DNA of 35,979 nt from Trichomonas gallinae (taxonomy: Eukaryota), in the NCBI GenBank assembly GCA_008369845.1, contig MRSU01010439.1, forward strand, positions 1-35,979, read 5' to 3'. Positions within the stretch are counted from its first letter, which is position 1. The number at the start of each line of letters is the position of its first letter. A program made the position numbers and the translations under genes. The notes beneath the pieces are model-generated. The model did not search any database. It saw only the letters and a program-made list of their open reading frames with translations, and had not been told where the DNA came from. Positions 21,901-33,619 of this stretch are shown piece after piece.

Positions 21901-22620
21901 TATTTTATTGGTGAACGTTTATTAATTCGATTTTATTTTTTAAAAATCGGTTTTGTGACTTCTAACGCTCATAGAATGACTGCCTATAAATGGTATACTT
22001 ATTCATATCAATATTAGCCCATAAATCGATTTTCTTTCACCAATTGTCCCCTTTGCTTCATCCACCTTCTATATTCACGAATTAATGCAAGAAAGACACA
22101 CATATACTTGTATATTATCTAATGATAGCTTTATTTGCCAAATAATTTTAATTTTTTGAAGAGTGAAAAAAAATTCATTCATGAGCTTTTGAAATAGTTA
22201 TAAATAGAATTGTTTGTTGCTAATTTGAATAAATACTTTATTGTCATGTAATTTTACTTCAATTTAAAATTTACATGATAATTTTTTTCCAGATATTTGC
22301 TTTTAGTTTAATGAAAACTGAAGGGAACAAGTAGTAGATATTTTAGTTTGATTGCTTGTCATAAATATCGCCGAGTTCGAATTTTATCAAAAATCGTTAA
22401 GCACAGATACTATACATACACAACATCATCTGTTCCTGTAAAGATTTGTTTTCAAAACCTCATTTTTGCGAAAATCTGATCATTACTTTTTATATTCCGG
22501 TGATTCTATGACAAAAAGTGAATTATATAATGTATAGATCATAAATCAATAATAAAATTTCAAGTTTTACAAAAAACGTTCAAAATTGAGAGTGTCACTT
22601 TTCCAAAAAATTTTTGATGA

Positions 22621-23571
22621 ATGAAAAAAGATGGAAATGATCATACTCTTTATGACATTGAGCACAATCACCCTTTCTTTCAGCAGGAGCTGAGATCATG
22701 CCGCCCGAACTTCAATTCGTATCCTACTACGTATTTAATTGCTTTCTCAACTCTTCATCTCGCTCTCGCTATCTTTTTATCATTCTTATCGAACGGCTGG
22801 CACAACATCAAAATCAGATATGATCACGTTTGCCCCGATTACGTTGAGTGTATTCTTCAATTTGAAATCGATCGAACGCTAGAGGGTCCAGTACACGTTT
22901 ATTACGAACTATCGAACTTCACGCAGGGACATTTTCGCTTTAGACAGTCTGTAGATTACAGACAATTATACGGTGAATATATCACCGATACAGATCGTTG
23001 TTACCCATTGGATAAGTATCCAGGATCATCAGAAATACTCGCTCCATGCGGATTGAAAGCTTTTTACGCGTGGAGAGATTATTATTCATTTCCTAACAAC
23101 TGGAACATCTCGAAATCTCCGTTGACGTGGGAACATGAGATAGGAAGCCTTTTTCGGCCATTAAATAAGAATTATCAGCCGAAACAACGCTGGCTTGGAT
23201 CGATTCTCGGTTTTGAGAACGAAACTGTTTCAGATAACTTTGCCATTTGGATGAGAACAGCCCCAGCACCGAGATTCAGAAAGTTATTTGCCAAAGTTGA
23301 GAATTCAATTCCAAAAGGAAAATATAACGTTACAATTACTACAAATTATCCAACAGCATGGTATAACGGAAAGAGGTATCTTGTTTTCGTTAAAAACTCG
23401 CATGCGGGAGGAAGAAATTTGACATTAATCGGAATCAATTCTTTGATTTGCTTTATATACATGCTTGCAGCCTTAATAACTTCCATCATCGATAATAAGA
23501 TCAGTATTAGGGCACTAAGGAACACTAGAAAACACAAGAAAAAGAGATGGGTTCCAAAACCCGGGACTTAA
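22621..23571 (+). CDS. CDC50/LEM3 family P4-ATPase (flippase) beta-subunit
   Basis: FFQQELRSCRP, N-terminal TM, PVHVYYELSNFTQGHFRF, PCGLKA, FAIWMRTAPAPRFRKLF, GGRN plus C-terminal TM. Inr TCACTT at 22595. Confidence 0.92.
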   Translation: MKKDGNDHTLYDIEHNHPFFQQELRSCRPNFNSYPTTYLIAFSTLHLALAIFLSFLSNGWHNIKIRYDHVCPDYVECILQFEIDRTLEGPVHVYYELSNFTQGHFRFRQSVDYRQLYGEYITDTDRCYPLDKYPGSSEILAPCGLKAFYAWRDYYSFPNNWNISKSPLTWEHEIGSLFRPLNKNYQPKQRWLGSILGFENETVSDNFAIWMRTAPAPRFRKLFAKVENSIPKGKYNVTITTNYPTAWYNGKRYLVFVKNSHAGGRNLTLIGINSLICFIYMLAALITSIIDNKISIRALRNTRKHKKKRWVPKPGT

Positions 23572-23739
23572 CCATTTTAATATTCATAGCTACTTTATTA
23601 TACTTCTTTTGTATATGTTATTTATATTATTTATTGTTGTTTGTAAATATATCGATTTTATGAATTTTCATATTTGTACTTTAATTTATTTTTTGGAATG
23701 TTTTAGATAATATTCAAGCTTTTGATATCTTCATGATAA

Positions 23740-24000
23740 CATGAAATGACTTCATTGACATCACACATTTATATAATTATCATAATATAATGCACATATT
23801 AGGGCTGCCTTTGGTATATCTCAAGGAGATGAAAAAAATTGCACAATCATGATCATAATTTGAGGCTGAAATCAAAGCTGTCAACTCATCAATATCTTTC
23901 GCTTTTTTAACAATTAAAAGAACATGCTAATATAATTGACAGTTTATCATTGCAAACACTGGAACAATTGTTATTTTGGATAGTATAATCATTACCATTT
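23740..24000 (-). pseudogene. Decayed ankyrin-repeat gene fragment
   Basis: Minus-strand translation NDKLSIILACSFNC* followed by AKDIDELTALISASNYDHDCAIFFISLR (~23820-23905) matches ankyrin KD.DG.TAL..A...GH...A.FLIS. Confidence 0.5.
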
Positions 24001-24202
24001 TAAGTTTACAAGTCATTGCATCATAAAATTAAAATGTTCAAGACTTAAACATCTTTTGTGTTTTGAATAATTAATGGAACTCATATAAAAGATTTGACAA
24101 ATCTCTTTTTTATGCTGTGAAAACATAGCCTTTTTGATTGTTTGTATCATATTTTAGGAAATTAGAAAGACGATGGATTTATAGGAAATAAACATATTAT
24201 TT

Positions 24203-27094
24203 TTAATCAAATTGTTTGAGGCGCTGCTTAACATTCTCTCTTGTCGTTCCCGCCATTTCCAAACACTCCGGCATGTTTAGTGCGATCTTGATGTTGTCAG
24301 CGTCAACGATAATGTTCTGGTCAGGCCACTCGAACTTTGATTCTGGGACTCTCTGGTCTATGAAGTAGACTCCAATCTCATCCAGTGCCTGGGAGACATT
24401 CTTGAGGTCGTTGCACTCCATCGTTAGCGTAAACATTCCTATTCCTCCTCCCTCAGTTCCGTAGATGAGTCTGTCGCCCAGCTTTGAGAACGAAAGAACT
24501 CTAGAATCTGTCTGGAAGACGCCGATGTGGAATAAAACACCTTGATCGCTAACCATATATACATTGATCAAGCTGTTGTAGTTCGCCGCGAAAATCAGCC
24601 TCGCGCACGTTCCAACACATGAAACACCAGTGAAGTATGAGTCCCTGGACGTCTCAGCCAGCTCCATTGCAGCGTTTAAAACAGCAATGGCTTGATTCGA
24701 GTCGCCGACGATGACAAAATCTGACAAAGGCGACAAACATGTTGTCAACGAATAAGTCTTCGCGAGAGACGTCCTCTCGAACTCTGTTACGCTGCCTGTA
24801 TTCTTCAGCTTGTACATTTCGATGTAGGTCCTGTTAGCGACGACGATGTGGTCGTTGAGGGAACATGCGGCCGTCGGAAGAGTCCCGACAGATTTCTTGG
24901 CAACCAGTGACAAATTCGTGTCCAACAAAATTATTTCGTTGTCTTCGTCGCCAATCAATAAGTAGTCGAAATTGGATATGGTTACACGCTCCATTAACGA
25001 AATTGCGTGCAAACTTACGAATTCTTCGACTGGTTTCATATTCACGAATGTTTTGATCGAAAAGTCACCGATTCTTGCAGCGAATATTGGCATGTTGTTG
25101 GAATGGAGGATGGTAAATGAAACTAAATCCTCGATTTGCAAAATTGGTTTCGATGATCCGCCAGGAGACTCAGCTGTCAGCAATCTGAGCTGTGTGCCGC
25201 TCAAACTCACGAAATTGTCGCCAACAACAACGATATCTGTGCACGGCTCTGTTCCGAGAAATACAGTTTCGCGACCAATGAGAGTTGGAGGCGAACCGCT
25301 GCATACGAACTTACCAGACATGTTGGAGTGTAGTGTGATTGACTCTGTGCCAACGGATTCGACTAAAATTCCGGAATTTGTGACTTTAACGAGTTTTCCT
25401 TCGTTTGTACCAAGGAAAACAATATCGTTGCCATTCTTGTCCTTAGAGACAGCAATTGAAGTGTATCCGAGGATCGAAACTAAAGGAACTGAATATCTGT
25501 TGAAAAATTCATCGAAAATGTGGATTGTTCTGTTTGCTGTGAGGATAGCTGTCTTATCACCGTTTGTGTGAACGAGGAGAATCTGTGAATCTAGTTCTAA
25601 GTTGTGTATTTCTTTAAATTCGGAAATTTCGATCGCAATTAATCTATTTTTGCTGCAAACAACAGCCATATCATTCTCAGCTGATGCACATGAGATTTCG
25701 TAGTTTAACGTGGTCGAAGAGCCACCAATTATCGAAATTTGTTTATCTGTGATTTGTATTGCTCCACTTTTGACCTCGCCGAAGAAGACTGTTGGACTGT
25801 CATAAATAAAACCATCAACGTTGTCAAAAATGAATCCGTTGTCATCTGTAGTTAAAATTCTTGAATTTTCGATATATGACAAGCAAACGAATAAATTCGA
25901 CGAGAATATTGACAAGCAGTTGCCTATTTCTGTGATGGCAGCTGTTCTGCATTCAATGGTCTTCTCAAAAAGCCTAATTGAGTCATTCGATATATAAATG
26001 TTGTCATCGTGAGTTGCAATGTGTCTTATCGGTCCTGATATAGGAAGCTTGGCTTGTATATCCATCCTGCAGGACGATTCGTCGCGGTCAAAAGAATATG
26101 AAATTAAATCTGTATAAGGAGAAGAGACGATAACCGACTGGTTGAGGAATATAATTGATCCAGCAACGGCATTCGTCTGCAAAAGACGCTCAACTCGCGG
26201 CCTTCCATCAATTGGAAATGATGCAGCGCAAATGCAGCCTTCTGCGTCTAAAATGAGGTATAATTCATCACCTAGAGGTGCAGAGGATATGGAAATCGTC
26301 GAAACAAATGTCGAAAGATGCTCGCATTTCAATGGCAAATCAATTGGTGCCGTAATTCTGTGAATTCCGTCACTAGTAGATATAATTATCGAAGACTCGA
26401 CTTCAGGATGCAGAGGAATCATCGAATAAGCATCAGGAGGCAAAGGAAGACTAAATTCTTCTTCCAAGTCAACGCCAATGATCTTGCAAACGTGTAGTTC
26501 TCGATTATTCTTCTTCGAGTCAGTCAGAATCGCGAGGCGCGCAGAAACAACTGTAGGTCCCATGAATGCTAAATCAACAATATTCGTATAAGAGACAGGA
26601 ATATCGAACATGCCCCTGTTTCTCGGGATAATTGTAATCCTGCCGGACAGTACACTCAATGCTATGTAGTCTGGATGCGTTGCGAATGCGAATTGCTGTT
26701 CTTTGATTCTTATTGACTCCGTTATACGAGAATTGCTTCCAGTTGAGCCGATTTCGAATGGAGATTTAATAGGTAGGACTCTTCTTGATACTTTTATCAT
26801 TCCTTGTGTTATAATTGAGCCGTAACGTTTTAATTCTGGTAAATTAAATATAAACCAGTTAAGATTTCTAAGTAAAACGAAGACTTCTGGCGCTGCATTT
26901 CCGAAAGATGCGATTAAAGCGATTGGAGTTTTGAATGGATAAGATTCTAATATTTTTAGTGTTGTAGGATCCATTATATGCATTGTAGAACCCTGTGCAA
27001 CAGCGAGGGCTGGTCGGCCGTTGTTTGCGTTCTTCAAAATGCACATTCCATGAATGATTGTGTCTGGCTGAAGGGTTCTATGGACAGCAATCAT
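24203..27094 (-). CDS. DDB1/CPSF160/SF3B3-superfamily multi-beta-propeller protein (DDB1-like), 963 aa
   Basis: N-terminal VHRTLQPDTII (cf. YVVTAQKPTAV), GPIRHI, FVIVGDSNQAI, LFHIGVFQ, LIYGTEGGGIG and IIVDADNI (cf. FIDGDLI). Inr TCATT lies 4 nt upstream of the ATG. Confidence 0.7.
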   Translation of the reverse strand: MIAVHRTLQPDTIIHGMCILKNANNGRPALAVAQGSTMHIMDPTTLKILESYPFKTPIALIASFGNAAPEVFVLLRNLNWFIFNLPELKRYGSIITQGMIKVSRRVLPIKSPFEIGSTGSNSRITESIRIKEQQFAFATHPDYIALSVLSGRITIIPRNRGMFDIPVSYTNIVDLAFMGPTVVSARLAILTDSKKNNRELHVCKIIGVDLEEEFSLPLPPDAYSMIPLHPEVESSIIISTSDGIHRITAPIDLPLKCEHLSTFVSTISISSAPLGDELYLILDAEGCICAASFPIDGRPRVERLLQTNAVAGSIIFLNQSVIVSSPYTDLISYSFDRDESSCRMDIQAKLPISGPIRHIATHDDNIYISNDSIRLFEKTIECRTAAITEIGNCLSIFSSNLFVCLSYIENSRILTTDDNGFIFDNVDGFIYDSPTVFFGEVKSGAIQITDKQISIIGGSSTTLNYEISCASAENDMAVVCSKNRLIAIEISEFKEIHNLELDSQILLVHTNGDKTAILTANRTIHIFDEFFNRYSVPLVSILGYTSIAVSKDKNGNDIVFLGTNEGKLVKVTNSGILVESVGTESITLHSNMSGKFVCSGSPPTLIGRETVFLGTEPCTDIVVVGDNFVSLSGTQLRLLTAESPGGSSKPILQIEDLVSFTILHSNNMPIFAARIGDFSIKTFVNMKPVEEFVSLHAISLMERVTISNFDYLLIGDEDNEIILLDTNLSLVAKKSVGTLPTAACSLNDHIVVANRTYIEMYKLKNTGSVTEFERTSLAKTYSLTTCLSPLSDFVIVGDSNQAIAVLNAAMELAETSRDSYFTGVSCVGTCARLIFAANYNSLINVYMVSDQGVLFHIGVFQTDSRVLSFSKLGDRLIYGTEGGGIGMFTLTMECNDLKNVSQALDEIGVYFIDQRVPESKFEWPDQNIIVDADNIKIALNMPECLEMAGTTRENVKQRLKQFD

Positions 27095-27819
27095 TTGGAA
27101 TGAAAAATTTGCTTATTTTTACTATCACCAATCAACATATTAATACTTTATTGAGTTTTTAATGGGATTTGACTGATTTTTGAAATTTGATTTTTTTATT
27201 CTTCGTTTTTGGTTCTTGAAATCAGCAAAATTATTCATTATTATTAATATAATGAATAAATCAACAATTATTTTTTAAAATATTACATTTTTATCATGAT
27301 TATTTGGGAATTATTCAATAAAAATTAGATATCATAGGTTTTCTTAGGGCAACCAGTTTATATTCCATATAATATTGTTTCAGCTGTCAAATTTGAAAAT
27401 TTACAATATCAGATTGTCAGATTTATTTCTCGAAATTTGAAATTTTTTCAATTTTGTTGTCACGTAAATTTTGATGTTTATTGTTGAAACAGGCAGTGAA
27501 TATGGGACAAAACACTTAGTATCACCTATTGATCCATTTCATATCAAAACAAAACGAACACATAACGAGCAAATTGATTCTTATTCTGATTAAATCGCTG
27601 TGTCAGCTCATATTCTCAATGAATGCAAGGCCTTCACTGATTTGGTGAAGACTGAAAGCTGAACAAAATCGTATTCTGGAAAGTGCTTAAATTTGATGCG
27701 CTACCCTATTAAATATTTGACATTTGGAAATTTACAACGTCATTTTTCAAAAATATCTGACATTCTGACATTGTAATTTTTTAATATTTTACCATCAACG
27801 TAAAAATAACAAAATTTTG

Positions 27820-28560
27820 ATGGTGAGGTTCTATGATGAGCTCAAATTGAAAAGCATCGGTGAAATTGAAATTCCCGGAACAGCTTCAAGCCATTGCGCA
27901 TATCATATCATGTTTGGCCCATAACCAATGCAATGAATTATTTATGAATGAAATATTTGAATATATCAATAATTCCAAAAACAATTTCACTGCTTTATCA
28001 AATATCTTGAATGACTTTTCGCTTGTTTTCCCAATAATTGTTCATCAAAAAATTTATGAATCAATTAAATCAAAATACAGTTGTTTTGATTTCCAACTTA
28101 ATGCTTTTTATAATATGAGATATCATCCAATTTTCCCAGCACAAACTGTAGCTCATTTAATTGCTTTCGATAAAATGAATCAGGTGACATCAATTAGCAA
28201 ATAAATGAATAGACATTAATTGATATTGCATGCAAATACGAGTCTGAGAAGTGCTTTTCATACTTGAATCTGAAAGGTGCTCTGATTTCAGAAGAAACAT
28301 TCATCTCTGTAATTGAAGGCGGTAACAAGAATATAATGCTTGCCATCTATAACTTCAAGCGCATTCAAATTAATGATGTCCACTTAACTGTTGCATTGCA
28401 ATATCATCACAATGATATCTTTGATTGGCTACTCGAAACCAGAGGGTTGTCTATTGACGAATTAAATACAGCAAAATGCTTTTTATTTGGCAACATAGCT
28501 GGTTTATTTTTCCTTATTGACAATAGATTAGCTATTAATAATTACTATTTTGTTCATTAA
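27820..28560 (+). pseudogene. DUF3447/ankyrin-associated Trichomonas family pseudogene
   Basis: Three pieces in shifting frames: MVRFYDELKLKSIGEIEI (27820), PEQLQ...(to 28204), then *TLIDIACKYESEKCFSYL...VIEGGNKNI...ALQYHHNDIFDWLLE...FGNIAGLFFLI. In-frame TAG at 28210-28212 and at least two frameshifts. Confidence 0.75.
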
Positions 28561-28803
28561 TCTAATGCGATATTCATTCATCATATTTGTTTATCATTAT
28601 TATAATGGATTCATCTATTACATTTGTTCATCATTACTTGTGGAGGTTCTTCACAACAGATTTTCGCTCACTGATAAAACAGCAAAAAAAATTATTTTAT
28701 ATATAAAAAAATATCGATATTCTATAAATTATTACAAGGGAAACCGACATAATTTCTACGACAAAACACTCATTACAAAATTTAACAAAAAGAAACCTAT
28801 TTA

Positions 28804-29757
28804 TTATATAAACAAAGGAGTTTCACTTATGTCTCTTTCATTATTATCAAAAAAGTCAATATTCGGAAGAAAATCATCAATAAATTCATCGATGAATTTT
28901 GCCTGCAATACTCCAGCATTATAAGCTTGATATTGCGTCTCATTTTGTTTTGCCTGATGATGATTTGTGATGTTATTGGATGGGTTCCTGGCTTCATTAT
29001 TAGGGGACTGAACAAAGGAGCCATTTTTGCTGCTGTCAGATGAGCTGTTGAATGATTCAAAAACATCGCAATCAGCAAACAACTGAGTGAAAAACATGTC
29101 AATTTCTCTGCTCTCGATAAGATCAAACTCGCGATTATACAGAAATCCACGACCTTTGCAACAGACAAATCTATGAACAATGATGTTCTTAGTCTTCTCT
29201 CTTTTATATGTGATTGTCGCAAAGATCTGATCAGTCATCAAAATCGTGACATAGCTTAATGATTCAATCTCAAAACCGGCGATAAATGATGCGCAGTTTT
29301 TCTCATCTCCACCATTTTTCATATGCTGCATTGCGTGGACGAATCCATCAAATACTTGGCTGCAGTTTTTTAATGGCTGAATTTTCTTCATGTTGATGAA
29401 GTTTGCTTTCAAAATGATCTGCTCTAATTTTGTTGACCATTGCTGTTCTATGGCCATGTTCAGAATAAATTTCCATCTATCTGCTTCTCTAGGCAGTGGT
29501 TCTGCAAAGTCAAACCTTGCAAGCAGCTGCACTAGATGATATATATTTAAATCCGGGGCCTTTGGAAAATAAACATCTCTGAATTTTTCGAAATCATTTG
29601 TTGTCTTTGTGAAGTTTGAAATTGCTTTTTTCAAACTTTTTGCGTCTCCATTAGAAAGACATTTCATTGCTGAAGCAAGCCAGTTCTTAACGTCTACTTG
29701 GTTCTCATTCACGTTAGGATCACTGCTTTGTTCCATTTTGAAACTTTTTGAAATCAT
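28804..29757 (-). CDS. Hypothetical protein (317 aa)
   Basis: Intact ORF with a TCATT Inr shortly upstream. Alternative start at 29736 (MEQSSDPN). S/N-rich C-terminal third. No family recognised. Confidence 0.8.
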   Translation of the reverse strand: MISKSFKMEQSSDPNVNENQVDVKNWLASAMKCLSNGDAKSLKKAISNFTKTTNDFEKFRDVYFPKAPDLNIYHLVQLLARFDFAEPLPREADRWKFILNMAIEQQWSTKLEQIILKANFINMKKIQPLKNCSQVFDGFVHAMQHMKNGGDEKNCASFIAGFEIESLSYVTILMTDQIFATITYKREKTKNIIVHRFVCCKGRGFLYNREFDLIESREIDMFFTQLFADCDVFESFNSSSDSSKNGSFVQSPNNEARNPSNNITNHHQAKQNETQYQAYNAGVLQAKFIDEFIDDFLPNIDFFDNNERDISETPLFI

Positions 29758-30550
29758 AATCCTTTGAATGAAAAATTATCGTCATGCGAATTCACAAGAA
29801 GTTGCATCCGTCAAAACTTTGTAATTATCAATAATATAGGGTAATACAGCACGCCGCAAACGATGTCATTTCTTTGAATTATTGAATAAATATAAAAGAT
29901 TAATTAAAAAATATTTTAGAGACAAATTCTTTCATATTAAAAAGCATCGGAAAATATTCAGTTTAAGAATTCTCCTGAGAATTCATAGCGACTCTTCTAA
30001 ACAATTTTTTTCTTCCATTATTTTATGAATGCTTTAGTCATATGGATTTTAATAAAATCAATTTTGTTGATTTGAAAGCAACTATTAAATTATGTGAATT
30101 CTCAATCACGCAATTTGGACTTATTATTATTTGAAAAAGATAGAGAATGGAATAAACAAACAGTTCGGAACTTGGTATTTGATTGTAAATAATAAAAATA
30201 TTGATTTATTAATTATTTGTTTTTCTTTTGTCAACTGCTTTGAAACTTAATGGAAAGTATTTATACATGTAAAACTTGTGATTTTAATTATATTGAAATA
30301 TTATTTTAATTTTTATCATTTATCACATTAATGCATACACATTTCTCAATAGCAATGGCAACTGAATTCAAATCAAATACTAAAAACTATATTATATTGT
30401 AAAATTTATTTTTTTCAAATAAATTGCATTAAATTTATTGAAAAGATAGCATGTAAACGTTGTATATCGATATAATTCACTCAATGCTAAAAATACAGTA
30501 TTATGTGTGTCTATTATTATATTTTTCATCAAAAATGATGAATAAATACT

Positions 30551-30607
30551 TTTACATGTCAAAATATATAATTTTACATGACATAATAAATGATTTTGAC
30601 ATGTAAA
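30551..30607. promoter_or_regulatory. Three TTTACATGWCA motifs (+,+,-) with 22-bp spacing upstream of the EF-hand/WD40 gene
   Basis: TTTACATGTCAAA at 30551, TTTACATGACATA at 30573 and TTTGACATGTAAA at 30595. Confidence 0.6.
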
Positions 30608-30629
30608 TTAATGCACGTTTAGAAATAAA

Positions 30630-33421
30630 ATGACTTTGTTTAAATCAATGAATTCTGAAACTTTATCTCGAACAAGAAGGAAGGATGATGACCAATGGGT
30701 CTCAAATTTAAAGACAGCATTCTTTGAAGTTGATAAAAGTAACCAGGGATTAATAACAAAAGAACAATTCATAAATTCTCGTTTAAATTCCTTAATATAC
30801 GATGATATAATGACTTTCAGAGAGATGGAGATTCTTTTTGACCAAATAAACACATCTATTGACTCACGAATTTCATGGAATCAATTCATTGATTACTTAA
30901 TGACTCAAAACCAGAACTCAAAATCATTCAAGATAGGAAAGGAAATCTCATTTGAGTTCGTTGCTCCACCTTTGATGTATTCTTCGAAGTTTTTCAGATG
31001 TCCGAAAATTATTCGCGCTTTATACATTGCATCACTTGATCTATTGGTTTCTCTTACAGATAAATTCATGTCTGTTTGGAATCCAAAGACTTGCGAGCAA
31101 ATCTACGAATTTCCAAATGATTCCAAAGGATTTTTCACCGATATGTGCTATATCCAGTGTAATCAGCGCATTGCCATAGCTCTTGACACACGTAACATCA
31201 TATTTTTCGATGCAAGATCTATGCAAAAAGTTAAAGAAACAATTTCAGCGACGATCGACTCAAAAAAATGATTAGGATGAAGGAAGCCGAGACAAAAGAA
31301 ACAATCAAGAAGATATCCGAGCGCGGCTTCCCTCTCTACAATAAGACTACGGCGCTCGGATCGCAATCTAACTATCCAATACTTTTCGCAGCCGATGAAT
31401 ATGGATTCATTGAAGTTTTCAATATCGAATTCACTCCGGAAAGAATCTGCAAGCAAAAAGTGCACGAAACATCAATAAGCAGGATAATTCATATACCAGA
31501 GATAGACTTCATGGTGTCCTGCGATTTCGATGGCATAATTAACATGTGGAATTACGACCATAAATACAAAACAATAACAGTAACATTGACATTCAAAGTT
31601 CCAGACACTCATCTGACAAATTTAATTTACGATCCATTAACTAAAGAAATAGTTTTTACGACAACGAAGCACCATTTCGGCAGTTGGCAGACCTTCACTA
31701 AACAGTACCATATCGTTGAAACCCCAATGGACACAGTTTCCGCTGTTTCGGTGATTTCTTCATCAACGAGTTTCGTTGTCATGGTAGATAGCAATAACAT
31801 GGTCAATGCTTATACGCTACCTCACTTCAAGCTTATTGACAGCTGGTTAATCAAAGAACAGCACAAGAACTTTGCTCCAACTCAGCTAGTTGTTGCAGGA
31901 AACGATTTATTCATGTTTGGTGCTTATTTGTCAAAATGGTCAATAAGAACCGAAAATTCTGACGGAAGAAAACCTCACAAAGGAGTCTTACTAGGAGTTG
32001 CTGTGACAATAGAAGTATCCACTATAATAAGCATAGACAGTGGAGGCCATATAAGCTCCTGGGAAGCTGAGAGCGGAAGGAAAAAATCGGATTGTCAAAT
32101 AAAAGATGTCAGCAGAATTACGATTGCATCATTTGACAATCAAAGAAAGCGCATTGCTGTTTCCGATGGATCTGGAAATGTGAGAATCATTGCTGCTACA
32201 TCCGGATCATTACTATCGATGCTGAATGCATCGCAGTTTGGAGCATCGATCTCTGGATTGGAATTTGCAAAAGTCGGATCTAATGGAACATTTTTTGTCA
32301 GCGCTGGCACAAAAATTTTCGATTTTGACGAACTTCCTGGCTCAAGAATGAGGCCAAAGCATATATTTTCGGGTCACTCAGAGCCAATTAATTCATTAAC
32401 AATCCTTAAAAATTTCTATCCATTGTCTATAGGAGAAGGAAATGAAATTTTCTTATGGCACACGCAAACATCATATACACCATTAATTCTTCCTGCTGAG
32501 CCATCTACTGCTGCTGACATTCCTGGCAGCACGCTTAATTTTGCTGTCGGAGACATGAATGGATGCATTTACATAATGTCTCTCAAAATGCAGACGCCAA
32601 TAAAAACAATTGACGTGTTCGGAATCAACAGACAATGTCAAATTTCGTCTATCATCATGAAAGGCGACTATCTTTATATAGGAAACGGCCTGGGATATAT
32701 AAGAAATTGTTCAATAGAAGATTTGACTCTAGGCAAAATAATTCGCTCGCACGAAGACACTGTTAAGTGGATGGATGTTTCTGATGAGTGCGAATGCTTG
32801 GTTAGTGGTGGATATGATAATGACATTGTCACATATAGTATCAGTAGGCAAATGTTCATCGGCAGACTTGGAGCCAACAAATATTGGGACATTGATAACT
32901 ATTTGACGTGGAACCCAGTACAACATGCTCCTGATCTTCCTTATTTGTTCAATGACTCCTCATCAGAGAGCAGCAGATCAGTTAAGATAGAATCGGATCA
33001 AAAAGCATCGGGAGCAATAAAGATGTCGATCGAATCAATAATGAACTCAATAGCGCAAAAGAAAGAAGTCAAAGAAGAAAAGCAAGAAGAAAAACTGAGC
33101 ATTGAAGTCCCAAAGACTCAACAACAGTCGAGACACATCCCTTCATTGGATTCTCCATATTACGCAAGCCAGAATTTTCTTGCTGGATTTTCTACACAAA
33201 ACGAGGCGGCCCTGTTCATTGCAGAAATAGACGAGCGAACATCCGACAGATACAAGGAAAAGAGCAGACAGAGCATCGATTTGATCAGACGTCGTCTCGA
33301 AGAAGATGCACGTCGCTCTTCACGAATGAAAACTAAAAATGTTGAAATAGAACTTTTCAACGAGAATGGAGTTCTTAGGAAGCTCAACAAGAAGAATACC
33401 AAAAAACAATCCAAAGAATGA
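30630..33421 (+). CDS. EF-hand + WD40-repeat protein (WDR49/WDR64/EFCAB8-like architecture), ~930 aa, split by a -1 frame break at 31262-31271
   Basis: ORF1 (30630-31271) has an EF-hand pair (FFEVDKSNQGLITKEQF; FDQINTSIDSRISWNQFIDYL) and the first WD blades. ORF2 (31268-33421) continues the WD40 repeats (VHETSIS...INMWN, GHSEPINSL...FLWH, SHEDTVKW...GGYDNDI). The junction reads TCA AAA AAA TGA / ATG. Confidence 0.8.
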
Positions 33422-33619
33422 GAAAGATATGTTTGTTTTTATAATAAAATTTATTCTATAATGTTATGATACCAAAGCTTCGTAAACAAACAAAATATGA
33501 TTTTTATGATCATTTTAGTTCGGAATATTATAAAAAAGAATCATTAATTCATCTCAACATCCCAATTATAGTGAATATGAGTAGAAAATATAATGAGAAG
33601 GGGAAAGCATAAAAACATT

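Noticed and set aside
23800..23810. TAGGGCTG as a hAT transposon terminus
   Set aside because: No matching inverted end or 8-bp TSD found, and it lies within an ankyrin relic.
24865..26363. Plus-strand ORFs 24865-25056, 24972-25571 and 26142-26363
   Set aside because: Antisense shadows of the relatively GC-rich DDB1-like gene with no recognisable motifs.
27350..27360. 11-nt match CAACCAGTTTA to positions 67-77
   Set aside because: Too short and without flanking similarity; expected by chance in 36 kb of AT-rich DNA.
31200..31300. Intron as the explanation for the frame breaks (here, at 9442 and at 6720)
   Set aside because: No trichomonad branch/3' splice motif (ACTAACACACAG or TCTAAC..AACAG) is visible, and candidate GT-AG excisions at the RRM and Gly-rich sites remove conserved residues or create a stop.
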